Shown piece after piece: positions 17,477 to 26,267 of a stretch of DNA of 37,966 nucleotides. The DNA lies in contig JAPCJU010000001.1 of NCBI GenBank assembly GCA_027886795.1, positions 1-37,966 of the forward strand, in the 5' to 3' direction. Numbering within the stretch: position 1 is the stretch's first letter; each line of letters begins with the position of its first letter. The stretch comes from Nitrososphaerota archaeon. GTDB taxonomy: Archaea; Thermoproteota; Nitrososphaeria; Nitrososphaerales; CADDZS01. The translations under genes were made by a program, and so were the position numbers. The notes beneath the pieces were generated by a model that did not search any database, was not told the origin of the DNA, and saw only the letters and a program-made list of their open reading frames with translations.

Positions 17477-20014
17477 GTGGGCTCATTGTCTAGGGCTAAG
17501 ATTGAAGTTCAGCAAATATTCGTCGACAGAGAAGAGCCTCTTTCCTCTCTTTCCGAGGTATTCGATTCCATTCGAAATTTAGGAAAGGATCGTATTGTCA
17601 CGGTTTATGGAGAGCCTGGAGTCGGAAAGACGACTCTGATTAACAATTTCCTAAAGGAACTTGAATCAAAACAAGAGCTCGTAATCCTGAGAACTGTTGG
17701 TAGAGTATTCGCAAGTAGCCCTTACTCAGCTCTGTCTGAAATGATCTCCTCTCTGAAGCGATCAAAACATACGATCGAACAGAGCAAACAAATCGCCACA
17801 ATAATTCTGAATCTTGCTAAGCTTGTTCCGGCATTTGAACCCGCTATTTCATTAGTCTCAGATGTGGCATCCCGTGTATTTAGTCTGACCCAAGCGGACA
17901 AGGAAATAATCGGCAATTCAATGTACGTCAATAATTTGTTTGTTTCCCTTTTCGAAAAATTATCGTCGAAGAATACTGTCGTAGCTTTCTTTGATGATAT
18001 CCAGTGGTTTGACGGCTCCTCTCTTGAATCGCTCTGTTTTCTTTTGGAGAAGGTTTCGCGTATACAGTGCATGATTGTTCTGAGCATCAGGAAGGGACAT
18101 CACTCATCCGAAAGAGAAGAGGCTAATACAGAACTTCTTAATGCTGTTCTTTCCAGAATCGATGAGAACAATCGACTTTCCGTTAATCTAGAGCCCTTTA
18201 CTCTATACTCATCTACAGAGCTCACCACTATTCTTGCAAGAGACAAATTGACTAAAGAAGAGATACGATCTTTGGCTTCGCGGACGGGCGGAAACCCTTA
18301 CTTCATAAATTGCGCAATCAAGGGACTTCAAACTATTCATGAATCCGACAATTCCTTTGCTAGTGATAGGAGAGCGCTGCTTGCTCCAAAAAGCGTCTCC
18401 GACCCGATTCAGACTTTGCTCCTGCACATTAAGCGCGAAGATTTGTCGATGCGTGTTCTTCTTGACTATGCGGCAATTCTGGGAGACAGGTTCAAGTCAA
18501 AAGATCTCTCCGAACTTATGAATGAGGATCAATTGAAACTGATACACCATCTTGAGGAACTTGAAACGGTCTATGGCATCATGAAGAACAATAAGCGGGA
18601 CGGAAGCTATGAATTCGATCATTCGATAACCAGAGAAGTGATTCTTGATTCTTTGAAAGACGCGGCACGAGGAATCCACGAGAAGGCCGCGAAAATGTAT
18701 GAAGAAAGAGGTTCGAATCCCGAACTTGTCGCCGTTCATTATGATTCTGCAGACAGACCGAAATTGGCTCTCAAGTTCTATGTCGAAGCTGCGAAGAATG
18801 CCACGACTAATTTTTCATTCGCAGATTCGACAAACTATTGGAAGAGGGGGCTTGAGTTAGCAAATTCCCAACCAGGATTTACCGTGGCGGATCGAACTTT
18901 ACTTTCTTTACAACTTGGATCAAGTCAGTTCTCCACCGGTCAGTTTGAAGAATCATACGCCATTTCTCATTCAATCGTACAAGAGATTGAGAGTGGAATT
19001 GAAATTTCCAAGCAATTAGAAGCAGACACCAGGTTGTTGCTTGGGAAGAGTTGTCGATACATCGGTACAAAGAGAGCAGCATCCGAAGGAATCCCAAATT
19101 TACTAATGGCTTGTCAAATACTTGAAGAATTGGACGAAAAAGAGCGACTGGGCGCTTCTTATTCTACTCTGTCCACAGCTCTGGATCATTTTGCGTTTCA
19201 CGAAGAAGCTCTTGAGTATTTTGGAAGAGCTCAGAAAGTCTTCAATGAGGTCAACGACAGAGTAGGACTGGCGACCCTTGGACGAAAGTCAGGAATGTTC
19301 TATGACTCAAGGAGAACCATAGGCTTCCTGGATTCGGCCATTCAGACATTCAAACAGTTAGGGGCGACCATTGAAGTGGCGAGATGTCTTAACAATCAAG
19401 GAGCAGAAAGATTCTACATCGGGGACTTTGGTTCGTCAAAGAAGAGTCTGCTTGAGTCAATAAAACTGTACCGAGAAATCGATTCGTATGAAATTGATAT
19501 CCCTCTCAACAACTTGGGCTTAGTTTACATCCAGCTTGACGATTTTCCAAGTGCAAGGTCATTCTTGACTGAAGCATTTGAAAGATCAAGCGAGGTTTTC
19601 AATCGAATCTGCAGCTCGATCAATATCTCTGTCCTGGATAAGAAAGAGAACAAACTCGAGGATTCAGTTCAGCGCATGCAGCAACTTGCGTCCCTCGTCG
19701 AGGAATCAGGAGAGCCATTGGTGCAAGACTATTTTGGTTTCAATATGGCATCCATCCTTCTTTCAAAAGAACTAGCAAAGACCGCACTTGAATGGCTTGA
19801 GAAGTATCAGTTGAATGTTTGGAAGGATGACAACGAGCTTGCGCTTGCAAAAAGATTGACGCTTAAGGCAAGGATCCTTAAGGAACTAGGAACGCAAAAG
19901 GCTGAAGTTGGAGAGATTGTTGAGCAAGCGCGGGAGATTTTCAAAACCATGAGACCTCAAAAATGGTTCTACCTAATCGACTATTACCCCTGCGACCTTC
20001 ACGTACTGGATTGA
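17477..20014 (+). CDS. STAND-type P-loop NTPase (AAA_16-like) with C-terminal TPR array
   Basis: Walker A YGEPGVGKTT near the N-terminus and Walker B-like VAFFDDIQWFD. The C-terminal ~400 aa are repetitive helical TPR-like (A..Y...A......). GTG start. Confidence 0.8.
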   Translation: MGSLSRAKIEVQQIFVDREEPLSSLSEVFDSIRNLGKDRIVTVYGEPGVGKTTLINNFLKELESKQELVILRTVGRVFASSPYSALSEMISSLKRSKHTIEQSKQIATIILNLAKLVPAFEPAISLVSDVASRVFSLTQADKEIIGNSMYVNNLFVSLFEKLSSKNTVVAFFDDIQWFDGSSLESLCFLLEKVSRIQCMIVLSIRKGHHSSEREEANTELLNAVLSRIDENNRLSVNLEPFTLYSSTELTTILARDKLTKEEIRSLASRTGGNPYFINCAIKGLQTIHESDNSFASDRRALLAPKSVSDPIQTLLLHIKREDLSMRVLLDYAAILGDRFKSKDLSELMNEDQLKLIHHLEELETVYGIMKNNKRDGSYEFDHSITREVILDSLKDAARGIHEKAAKMYEERGSNPELVAVHYDSADRPKLALKFYVEAAKNATTNFSFADSTNYWKRGLELANSQPGFTVADRTLLSLQLGSSQFSTGQFEESYAISHSIVQEIESGIEISKQLEADTRLLLGKSCRYIGTKRAASEGIPNLLMACQILEELDEKERLGASYSTLSTALDHFAFHEEALEYFGRAQKVFNEVNDRVGLATLGRKSGMFYDSRRTIGFLDSAIQTFKQLGATIEVARCLNNQGAERFYIGDFGSSKKSLLESIKLYREIDSYEIDIPLNNLGLVYIQLDDFPSARSFLTEAFERSSEVFNRICSSINISVLDKKENKLEDSVQRMQQLASLVEESGEPLVQDYFGFNMASILLSKELAKTALEWLEKYQLNVWKDDNELALAKRLTLKARILKELGTQKAEVGEIVEQAREIFKTMRPQKWFYLIDYYPCDLHVLD

Positions 20015-21069
20015 GCAGTGTTTGTCCTCTTTACTGACTGCCTGATCAGGGCACTGTCCAGGATCATCTCTATCATTTTCTTATATCCGATACCTGATTT
20101 TGTGGCAATTTCGTTGAAGCTACTGTGTTTTCCGAGAAAAGGATAGGGGTTTATTTCGAGAAAATATGTATTCCCTTCATGGTCTACTCGCTGGTCAACC
20201 CTGCCGAAGTCCTTGCATCCTAGCAGGTTATACAGTTTCAGAGCACTCTCTTCGGCCTTTGATACAAATTGGTCGCGCAAAGGGTATCTGAATCCATAGC
20301 CATCATGCCTTACTATGTCAGAGGTCAGAAAGCGGTTTTTAAGTACAAGATCTTCGTTTAGTGTTAATCCTACGACACCAAAAGCGTTTGGTGGATAAGT
20401 CCCGATTATGGGGATGTCGACTTCCCTGCCTAGAATGAAATTCTCAACTAGAACTGGCTGTTTGTATGCTCTCAAGAGGTACTCAATTGTTCTTTGCATG
20501 TGAGTTCTGTCATAAGCCACCGAATCATCGCGAATGCCCTTACTACTTCCTTCATAACAAAGTTTTGCAATTACAGGGTATTTTCGAGGCTTACAATTTT
20601 TAATTTCGTCAAAATTGTTCACCACCCTAAACTCAGGTGTCCTGATTCCATATTGCTTGGCGAGTACTTTCGTATGCCATTTGTTTAGGGCTATGGCGAG
20701 TGTGTAGCTATCTGAACCTACGTATGGTATTCTTGCAAGCTCAAGGATTGATGGTATCTGTGCTTCTCTCCCACGTCCATAATATCCTTCAGCGATGTTG
20801 AATATTATGTCAACCGAATCTTCCACGACTCGAATATCATCTAGCAACTTCCTCCCGCTTCCAATGAGCATTATAGTATGTCCTAAATCTTCCAATGCAT
20901 GCGCAATGTCATCAATGGCAGTGGAGACTTCGAATTCCACGTCCCAATCCTCTGGCTCAGGGCTCGAAAATTTGAAGTCATTCCTTGTGTCATATGTCAA
21001 ACCGACCGTAAGGGAAGCCGGTACTTGTGCAAACATCTTCTCTTGAATGTGACTTACGGTGGTATGCAA
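19999..21069 (-). CDS. D-alanine--D-alanine ligase-like ATP-grasp enzyme
   Basis: DIIFNIAEGYYGRGREAQIPSILELARIPYVGS ... KWHTKVLAKQYGIRTPEF ... YPVIAKLCYEGSSKGI ... YFLEINPYP follows the Ddl-family order of motifs. Confidence 0.75.
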   Translation of the reverse strand: MHTTVSHIQEKMFAQVPASLTVGLTYDTRNDFKFSSPEPEDWDVEFEVSTAIDDIAHALEDLGHTIMLIGSGRKLLDDIRVVEDSVDIIFNIAEGYYGRGREAQIPSILELARIPYVGSDSYTLAIALNKWHTKVLAKQYGIRTPEFRVVNNFDEIKNCKPRKYPVIAKLCYEGSSKGIRDDSVAYDRTHMQRTIEYLLRAYKQPVLVENFILGREVDIPIIGTYPPNAFGVVGLTLNEDLVLKNRFLTSDIVRHDGYGFRYPLRDQFVSKAEESALKLYNLLGCKDFGRVDQRVDHEGNTYFLEINPYPFLGKHSSFNEIATKSGIGYKKMIEMILDSALIRQSVKRTNTAQSST

Positions 21070-21286
21070 AGTTAAGCTCAGATTTGAGGCCTCCTCATAC
21101 TAAATTTTTTTGCTCTTGAGTAAGTCACCCTGATCTGTCCGCAAGGAGATTGAGCAATCTGTTGGAAAAGGAGATAGAATTCTCATTCATACGAGTCTGC
21201 AAGACGAAAAGTCAGCTGAATAGGAGAAAGCATAATGTTTGAATTCACGAATCTTGGTTCCTCCTACATCCAGGTAAATAATTGGT

Positions 21287-22360
21287 ATGAGTTCTAATAG
21301 AATCGTGAATACAGAGTCGTCTGCCCTAGAATTCTTGAAATCAAGAATAGGTGACTTTGCAGTACAATGGTCAATATATGTTGCCACCAAGTTGAAAATT
21401 GCAGATCTTTTGCACGACGGTCCAAGGGGCGCGGACTTCTTAGCCGAGAATGCCAACGCTAATCCTAGAATCTTGTTTGATGTTTTGAGAACACTTGTAG
21501 CGCATGAGATACTTGAAGAGACTGAAGATGGCCTATTCTCTTTGAATGAAATCTCGTCAGCATTACAAACTGAAAAATTTGGACGAATCATTCTGTCTTG
21601 GTTCGAAGTCGACTTACCTTGTTGGAGCAAAATACTGTACACCGTCACAACGGGCGGGCCGGCATTCAACTTAATCTATGATGAAGACTACTATGATTAC
21701 TGCTCGAGACACCCGACCTATGACGAAGCCAATGATTACTTCTTGTCAGAGTGGGCAGAGAAAACAGCAAACAATGTGTTGAATGCTTATGATTTCACTA
21801 GTATTTCTGGAACCATTGTGGACATTGGAGGCAATCGCGGAACTCTGCTATCCAAGATCGTTGAAAGCAATCCGAAACTCAACGGCATTTTGTTCGACAG
21901 GGCCGAAGTGATCCAAAGGGCAAAAAGCAATCAGACACTTACCAGCCTCCCGATGTCACAATATCAACTGGTTTCCGGAGATTTTTTCGTTTCAGTACCG
22001 GCAAGCGGTGACATCTACATCGCCAAATGGTTGACGCCTGACTGGGACGATGAAGAGCTCGTCAAGATATTTGGTAATTGTAGGGTTGCCATGCGCAATG
22101 ATGCCAAGCTTCTTGTCATTGACATTCTGATGAATACACTGAGGAAAGATCCTACGCCAATGATTATGGACTTGACAGCGAGGATTTTTGGAAGAGGCCA
22201 AGAGCGAACTGAAGAAGAGGTTAGACAGATATTGACTGTCGCTGGCTTTGAAGTTACAAGAGTGATTCCAACTGAAGGCCCCTTCAGTATAATTGAAGCA
22301 ACCCCACGAGAAAGAGTCGGCCTTAAAATCATGAAAGAGACGCCGCATCTCAGACCATGA
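21287..22360 (+). CDS. class I SAM-dependent O-methyltransferase (family 2, with N-terminal dimerisation/wHTH domain)
   Basis: SAM motif I VDIGGNRGTLL, post-I FDRAEV and motif II GDFF ... GDIYIAKW. The N-terminal about 100 aa resemble the dimerisation domain of COMT-type enzymes. Confidence 0.8.
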   Translation: MSSNRIVNTESSALEFLKSRIGDFAVQWSIYVATKLKIADLLHDGPRGADFLAENANANPRILFDVLRTLVAHEILEETEDGLFSLNEISSALQTEKFGRIILSWFEVDLPCWSKILYTVTTGGPAFNLIYDEDYYDYCSRHPTYDEANDYFLSEWAEKTANNVLNAYDFTSISGTIVDIGGNRGTLLSKIVESNPKLNGILFDRAEVIQRAKSNQTLTSLPMSQYQLVSGDFFVSVPASGDIYIAKWLTPDWDDEELVKIFGNCRVAMRNDAKLLVIDILMNTLRKDPTPMIMDLTARIFGRGQERTEEEVRQILTVAGFEVTRVIPTEGPFSIIEATPRERVGLKIMKETPHLRP

Positions 22361-22769
22361 CTATCTGCATCGTTAAGATTTAGAAAAGGAAAATACCCGA
22401 CATTTTAAAATTTGGGATATTTGATAATTTCGTAGAATCCGTTAAGAATTTTCTGGACTGCGAACCCTCTCGGAAGAGAAACTAGAGTGCTAGGACTTTT
22501 TCTATTGAACACTTCAACTACTCCAAGCTTCTTTTCTTCCGACTTATCCGTCGTGTTGTACCGAAATCCAAGCAAGCGGAATCTAAGCCTTAGGATTCAA
22601 ATTACGCAAGATCATTGGTTTCATAAAGGCTTTTCAGAATTCATGGTTCAGATTATTGATTGCGTAAATATTTGATTCTCCAGATTAAAGATTCGCTTTT
22701 TCTACATCCTGTAACCACCTTCAATGAGTAAAGCTGTCATATTACTTCGTCACAAATATTGTTGTATCT

Positions 22770-25031
22770 ATGAAAAAACTGTTGGTTATCGCTGGTCCCG
22801 AAGACGATGCAATAGCACGTAAGATTCATCGAAACATTTCTCTTTCAACTCTTGGACTCACGATTGATCGAATTCAACTAGGGCATGATGAAAGTCTTTC
22901 CAGCACACTTTTGCTTGATAAAGATTCGTCGGTACTTCTTCCAATTATTTCGCTTGATACTCTTGCATATAGATGGGCCACTGTGGATTTGCTGACATTT
23001 GTCTCAAACATTGACTATGAGGTATTTCCGCTAATTTACACCGACAAAGATTGGGAGACACTTCAAGAGAAAATTCCTGAAGAATTCAGATTGGCAATAA
23101 ACTCCTGTCAATATATTTTGTTTCGTAATGATCGTTTTGAAGATTCGATAACCGAGCTTCTTCGGATTCTTTCTCCGCAGATGGATTCCGAAGCCGTTTA
23201 TTCGGAAGCTCAATCCAGCGATAACCCGTTTAGACGTGTCAGAATGGAGCATTATGAAAGTCTCCAGCTGCTAGCTCAGAACTTTGCAGAACCAGAAAGG
23301 GCCCGTTACGACAAGATAATGGAGGTTAAACCCACTATCCTTCAGGGAGGACGCGGTTGCGGCAAATCAATGATCCTCAAGTCTATGCAAGCAAGCGTCG
23401 CGGTATATCGTCGTGCTACCGCGAAATCTTTCAAAGATTTGAAGATCGGTTATTTCGGCATCTATTGTAGAATGACTCAGGGCTCTTTTTCAACTCAAGA
23501 GGGGAATATCGAAAAGCATATTGACCAAGATGCGGCGACTCGTTTATTTTCGACAGAATTGATCTTACAATTAGCTCAATCACTAATCGAAGAAGTTCGG
23601 GTATGCTCCACGCGAAACATTCTTGAGATAACCCGAACACAAGAGACTAAGATTGCAGTTTCAGTCGCGAATATTCTGTCACCAGGGGACAGCGCGGCCG
23701 ATTTTCAAACTCTAGAACAGTTAATTCAGACGTTCCTCAGAGCAATAAACGACTATCTCGGAAGCAAGATATTGGGCGATGCCCCAGTTTACGAAGGAAT
23801 ACATCTTTCCAAAGAACAATTAAGACAAATCTGTAAGGCGATCCTTGAAAATATTCCTGAGATTTCTGATTGTACTGTGTATTTTCTTTTGGACGAGTAC
23901 GAGAATTTACTACCGTTTCAAAAAATCGTTCTCAACACTCTAATCAAATGGTCCGCGAGCAGAATTTTCACCATAAAGATTGCAGCAAAGCACACGGGCT
24001 TCAGAGTAACTAAGACAACCGAAGGCCAAGAAGTGGAAGAGCCTGCGGATTACACCTTGATTGACCTTGATTATGATGTAGGAAGAAAAGATCAACGGGC
24101 AGCGTATATGCGCTTGCTCAAGCAAGTCTGCGAGAAAGTCCTGAAGCATGAAGGCATAAGCGTGCCCATCGACAAGCTCTTAGTAAGGGGATCAATAGCG
24201 CCTGGTATTGCAGTCAAGGAAATTGAACAGGAGGTATCTGTTATGGCTCAAGAAATTCAGGGGAAAAAATGGATCGATATCCCGGAAAAACAGCGCGATG
24301 AATATCTTACCAAATTCAGAATGGCCGCAGCGTATCGAATTCTGGGTCGGCGACAAAGACAATTTTCGGGGTTTTATGAATTTGCACTTCTATCTTCAGG
24401 AATAATAAGAACTTTCTTAGAATTATGCGGAATGTCCTATTATTTTGCGAGAGCCCGTCGTGAGAGCACTCAAGATGCAAAGGATTCACCTATCTCCCAA
24501 GTTCATCAGTCTCAAGCGGTATTTGCGCTGTCATCCTATTACTTAGCAACACTCCGAAAAAATATTTCTGATTATGGATTTGACATCCAGCAACTCGTTA
24601 TCGATTTTGGTGATATATTCCGCCACAGGCTGTTGTATCACCCCAGTCAGCCGGAAGCATCGCGGATATCAATAACCGATCCCCAAAATTTTACTTTGGC
24701 TAACATGAAAATAGCTGATAATGTAATCAATTGTGCGCTTATGCACAGCGTAATGTTTTCTCCAAGCAGGGGGCTACCGGGAAATCGTCCTTCAAACTCC
24801 AAAGATATACAGCCTACTGATTTTATCCTGAATAGAATATTTGCTCCCGTTCTCAGATATTCTCCTAGGGCTCGATGGAGGATTAACGTGAAAGTTTCTG
24901 ATATTGAGGGGCTTCTTGATAAGAAACAAAGGGGGAAAATCAAATCTGATCTTATACAAAATCTTTCAGGAGAACGTTATAGGGAGAGATTTCAGAGATC
25001 CTTTGATGACTTGCAGACAAAGCTCCAATAG
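22770..25031 (+). CDS. TIR-like domain fused to an ORC/Cdc6- or STAND-like P-loop NTPase
   Basis: Residues 1-135 follow the TIR pattern: KLLVIAGPEDD, then SSVLLPIISLDTLAYRWATVDLL, then VFPLIY. Walker A GGRGCGKS lies at 23346-23369, Walker B-like VYFLLDEYEN follows, and the C-terminal half is helical. Confidence 0.65.
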   Translation: MKKLLVIAGPEDDAIARKIHRNISLSTLGLTIDRIQLGHDESLSSTLLLDKDSSVLLPIISLDTLAYRWATVDLLTFVSNIDYEVFPLIYTDKDWETLQEKIPEEFRLAINSCQYILFRNDRFEDSITELLRILSPQMDSEAVYSEAQSSDNPFRRVRMEHYESLQLLAQNFAEPERARYDKIMEVKPTILQGGRGCGKSMILKSMQASVAVYRRATAKSFKDLKIGYFGIYCRMTQGSFSTQEGNIEKHIDQDAATRLFSTELILQLAQSLIEEVRVCSTRNILEITRTQETKIAVSVANILSPGDSAADFQTLEQLIQTFLRAINDYLGSKILGDAPVYEGIHLSKEQLRQICKAILENIPEISDCTVYFLLDEYENLLPFQKIVLNTLIKWSASRIFTIKIAAKHTGFRVTKTTEGQEVEEPADYTLIDLDYDVGRKDQRAAYMRLLKQVCEKVLKHEGISVPIDKLLVRGSIAPGIAVKEIEQEVSVMAQEIQGKKWIDIPEKQRDEYLTKFRMAAAYRILGRRQRQFSGFYEFALLSSGIIRTFLELCGMSYYFARARRESTQDAKDSPISQVHQSQAVFALSSYYLATLRKNISDYGFDIQQLVIDFGDIFRHRLLYHPSQPEASRISITDPQNFTLANMKIADNVINCALMHSVMFSPSRGLPGNRPSNSKDIQPTDFILNRIFAPVLRYSPRARWRINVKVSDIEGLLDKKQRGKIKSDLIQNLSGERYRERFQRSFDDLQTKLQ

Positions 25032-25048
25032 ACATTTCTGGTGATAGG

Positions 25049-26023
25049 TTGGTTCTAACGGAACTTAGATCGGTCGAGCCATTCAGAAAGGGGCAGCCTG
25101 ATAATGTATTCGTGTGTTGTGCTAATTCTGAAGAGAGGTGCCTCGGGGCTGTAAACCGCTTTTCCAACTATAATTTTTCGAATGCATTTGTCTTTTATTA
25201 TGATGAAATAGAATTAGAAGCAATTTCTAACCTCAAACTTCTAGAATCTAGGTTGTCCTTGTTAGGGCCAACTAGAACGATACGTACAGCGGAAGATGAT
25301 CCAAGAGATGGTATTGCAGAGCTCTACATGGCTTTGAAAAGTCTCTTGCCAGATCCTACGGGTAATATCATCACGATCGATGTTTCGGCTTTTTCTAAAA
25401 GACATATTCTTTTGTTGTTGAAGAATTTGGATAAACTAGGTTTTTGGGGGAGTCTCAGAATAGTTTACTCTGAGCCTGAGCGATACAGTTCCAATCTGTA
25501 TTTGCCAATGTCAGTAGGGATTAAGAGGATCGACGTTGTGCCAGGATTTGTCAATCTTCAATCACTGGGGAAACCTCTCTTGCTCATAATTATGCTAGGC
25601 TATGAAGGAGATAGAGCAACTGCGCTTGTGCATAATATTGATCCCAATGAAACCCTTTTGGCGATACCCAGGCCTGCCTATAGGAAAGAATGGGAGGGAC
25701 GAACAGAAGAAATGAACAAGAATTTGATTAAACTCATTGGCCGGGAAAACGTAATTGGACTTCATTCTTTGGACTCCGATGAAGTCGCAATATCTCTCCG
25801 AGAACTACTCGTTTCAGGCAAGATAAATATGCTGTCAGAGAAAAATTGTTGTATTGTTCCGTTAGGCACGAAACCTCAAACTGTTGGTCTGTATTATTTT
25901 TGGAGAGAGCATCAAGGACAGTTCGAGATTCAGTATGCCTCCCCCTTTCATGTGAATGAAGAATTCTTTTCAAGCGGCGTCGGGAAAACATGGCTGCTTC
26001 ATCAGCCTTCAAATCCTGAATGA
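25049..26023 (+). CDS. uncharacterised partner protein, two Rossmann-like halves (CARF-like?)
   Basis: TTG start 17 nt after the upstream stop, preceded by SD-like GGTGAT (25040-25045). Strand-loop motifs IITIDVSAFSKRHILLLL and CCIVPLGTKPQTVGLYYF recall the D.T.G.K / GGTK loops of CARF-type sensor domains. No effector motif recognised. Confidence 0.45.
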   Translation: MVLTELRSVEPFRKGQPDNVFVCCANSEERCLGAVNRFSNYNFSNAFVFYYDEIELEAISNLKLLESRLSLLGPTRTIRTAEDDPRDGIAELYMALKSLLPDPTGNIITIDVSAFSKRHILLLLKNLDKLGFWGSLRIVYSEPERYSSNLYLPMSVGIKRIDVVPGFVNLQSLGKPLLLIIMLGYEGDRATALVHNIDPNETLLAIPRPAYRKEWEGRTEEMNKNLIKLIGRENVIGLHSLDSDEVAISLRELLVSGKINMLSEKNCCIVPLGTKPQTVGLYYFWREHQGQFEIQYASPFHVNEEFFSSGVGKTWLLHQPSNPE

Positions 26024-26164
26024 GCTTACAGAGCTAATGAAAAATTCAAAACAATGCTCCTGTCCTCCCTGGTCGTCATCTGACATTATTGTATTGATTG
26101 TGGATCGACAAGAGAATTGTAAGTGGCTCATGTCTTCTTTCGTGCTACGCAGAGTATCTTCGTG

Positions 26165-26258
26165 TTATAGAGTTTGGATACTATAATTAGGTATTTAAAT
26201 TACGCACGTTATTATACTATAATAAGTCTTATAAAGATAACAAGTTGTTATAGTATAT
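26165..26258. promoter_or_regulatory. repeat cluster upstream of the AbiEi-like gene (candidate operator/promoter)
   Basis: ATACTATAAT occurs at 26178-26187 and 26214-26223. Its inverted core TTATAGTAT is at 26248-26256 and TTATAG at 26165-26170. All lie in the AT-rich gap before the 26268 start. Confidence 0.3.
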
Positions 26259-26267
26259 TTATCGACC

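Noticed and set aside
17831-17840. 10-nt match (atttgaaccc) to the T-arm region of the integrase-adjacent tRNA, considered as a distal att site
   Set aside because: The match does not extend beyond 10 nt and lies inside the intact STAND NTPase coding frame. A match of this length is plausible by chance in 38 kb.
21187-21669. 160-aa minus-strand ORF overlapping the 5' part of the O-methyltransferase gene
   Set aside because: The plus-strand frame continues into clear SAM-binding motifs. The minus ORF is Ser-rich, low in complexity and without motifs.
22361-22372. ctatctgcatcg right after the methyltransferase stop resembles ctatctctgcatagcg within the tRNA (34241-34256); considered as the left att
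   Set aside because: The match requires a 2-nt gap and covers only about 10 nt. It corresponds to an internal (intron-region) part of the tRNA rather than its 3' end. It is too weak.
22487-22675. 62-aa ORF in the long gap upstream of the TIR-like NTPase gene
   Set aside because: It has low-complexity composition and a GTG start with no RBS or motif. The gap is more plausibly promoter or boundary sequence of the accessory block.
25956-26186. 76-aa ORF spanning the end of the partner gene and the AT-rich gap
   Set aside because: It overlaps the 3' end of 25049-26023 in another frame and runs into the promoter-like repeat region. It has no motif or RBS support.
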